Shown: positions 63,450-64,000 of the stretch, one piece after another | Layout: the number at the start of each line of letters is the position of its first letter | How positions within the stretch are numbered: the stretch's first letter is position 1 | Source: Acidobacteriota bacterium | Lineage (GTDB): Bacteria > Acidobacteriota > Aminicenantia > UBA2199 | Length of the DNA stretch: 64,000 bases | NCBI GenBank assembly: GCA_018897435.1 | Contig: JAHIKI010000030.1 | Span: forward strand, 9,447-73,446 | Direction of reading: 5' to 3' | The notes under the pieces: model-generated | The model's database searches: none | Told to the model about the DNA's origin: nothing | What the model saw: the letters and a program-made list of their open reading frames with translations, nothing else | Position numbers and translations under genes: made by a program

Positions 63450-64000
63450 CTAATGGATGATCTCTATGGTTCCAGTGATGTGGGAAGGCAATGTGTCGGT
63501 GATGATGGTTTTACCGGTCGGGGTGGTGTATTTGTATATTTTTGTTTTCGCCCGGGCTGCAGATGAAAATGTGGAGCTCATGCCCATCAACGACATGACG
63601 CGGCGTATATACTGCTTGGTTTCAGGGTAGGGAGGGACACCGTTGTATTTGTTGACGGCCTCCTCCCCGGCGTTGTAGGCGGCCAGCGTCAGGGGGATGT
63701 TGCCTCTATATTTTTCGTAAAGGTATTTCAGGTGCCTCACCCCGGCTTCCATGTTTTCACTGGCGTTATAGCGGTTGATCACGCCATATTGCCGGGCCGT
63801 TTCCTTCATCAGCTGCATGATCCCCACGGCGCCTTTAGGGGAAACAGCTAAGGGATTAAAACCTGATTCGGTTTTGGCCACCGCGAAGACCAAATCCTCA
63901 CGCAACTGGTGTTTTTTGGTTAAAGATTGAATTTTTTCCTTGTAATGTAGGGGAACGGCATGGCTGTGGGCTGCGGACAGGAAGGTGATGCTGCCTTTTT
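63450..64000 (-). CDS. lytic transglycosylase (SLT domain), N-terminus outside the window
   Basis: AVAKTESGFNPLAVSPKGAVGIMQLM contains the catalytic E-S motif, and AYNAG is also present. The minus-strand frame stays open upstream of the ORF-track TTG (63905) to the window edge. Confidence 0.85.
   Translation of the reverse strand, partial: KGSITFLSAAHSHAVPLHYKEKIQSLTKKHQLREDLVFAVAKTESGFNPLAVSPKGAVGIMQLMKETARQYGVINRYNASENMEAGVRHLKYLYEKYRGNIPLTLAAYNAGEEAVNKYNGVPPYPETKQYIRRVMSLMGMSSTFSSAARAKTKIYKYTTPTGKTIITDTLPSHITGTIEIIH

Overview
This is a dense chromosomal window made up mostly of housekeeping genes: about 66 protein genes and 2 tRNAs, separated by short intergenic gaps. It appears to come from a diderm bacterium, judging by TonB/ExbBD, OMP beta-barrels, an OstA/LptA-like protein and MacAB-type efflux. 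I cannot assign a phylum from the sequence alone. I saw no rRNA, CRISPR array, integrase, transposase or phage genes. Gene order, left to right: (1) An AT-rich envelope block with a GT-C-like membrane protein and an OstA/LptA-like repeat protein. (2) A translationally coupled receiver / S55-peptidase / beta-propeller operon. (3) An orphan Fe-S hydro-lyase beta subunit followed by sucCD. (4) An AI-2E transporter followed by two divergent OMP barrel genes. These are separated by a ~146-bp direct repeat that includes a second copy of the transporter's last 34 codons. (5) recO, a LysE-type exporter, feoAB, GT2 plus UDP-glucuronate decarboxylase, a TPR protein and ktrBA. (6) tgt-yajC-secD-secF, tonB-exbB-exbD and a DAG-kinase-like lipid kinase. 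(7) An SPFH/double-zinc-ribbon gene pair. (8) gap-pgk-tpiA-secG-tRNA-Leu(GAG)-tRNA-Ser(GCU), then rodZ. (9) A NusG-paralog/cysC/sat/phosphodiesterase operon. (10) A TlpA-like thioredoxin, a DUF62 SAM hydrolase, a rubrerythrin-like protein, a nitroreductase, rnhA and a receiver protein. (11) A moeA-moaA-moaC-MOSC-mogA operon behind a Moco-riboswitch-like leader. (12) A HExxH metallopeptidase, macA/macB-type efflux and a DUF1624-like membrane protein. (13) TPR proteins, including a sulfatase-like/TPR fusion. (14) DUF362-larB, a Mut7-C RNase, a Ycf46-like AAA+ ATPase, a second lipid kinase and an SLT transglycosylase that runs off the right edge. I do not see an unambiguous new system. The most defensible items for a second look are: the perM-fragment direct repeat whose coding differences are all synonymous; the Moco riboswitch whose SD serves a 17-codon leader ORF overlapping the moeA start; the receiver/S55/propeller envelope module, in which the S55 motif order is reversed relative to SpoIVB; the NusG-paralog-led PAPS operon; the overlapping DUF362-larB pair; and the nested palindrome between the AAA+ ATPase and Mut7-C RNase genes. 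All functional calls rest on motifs read by eye. No database search was run.
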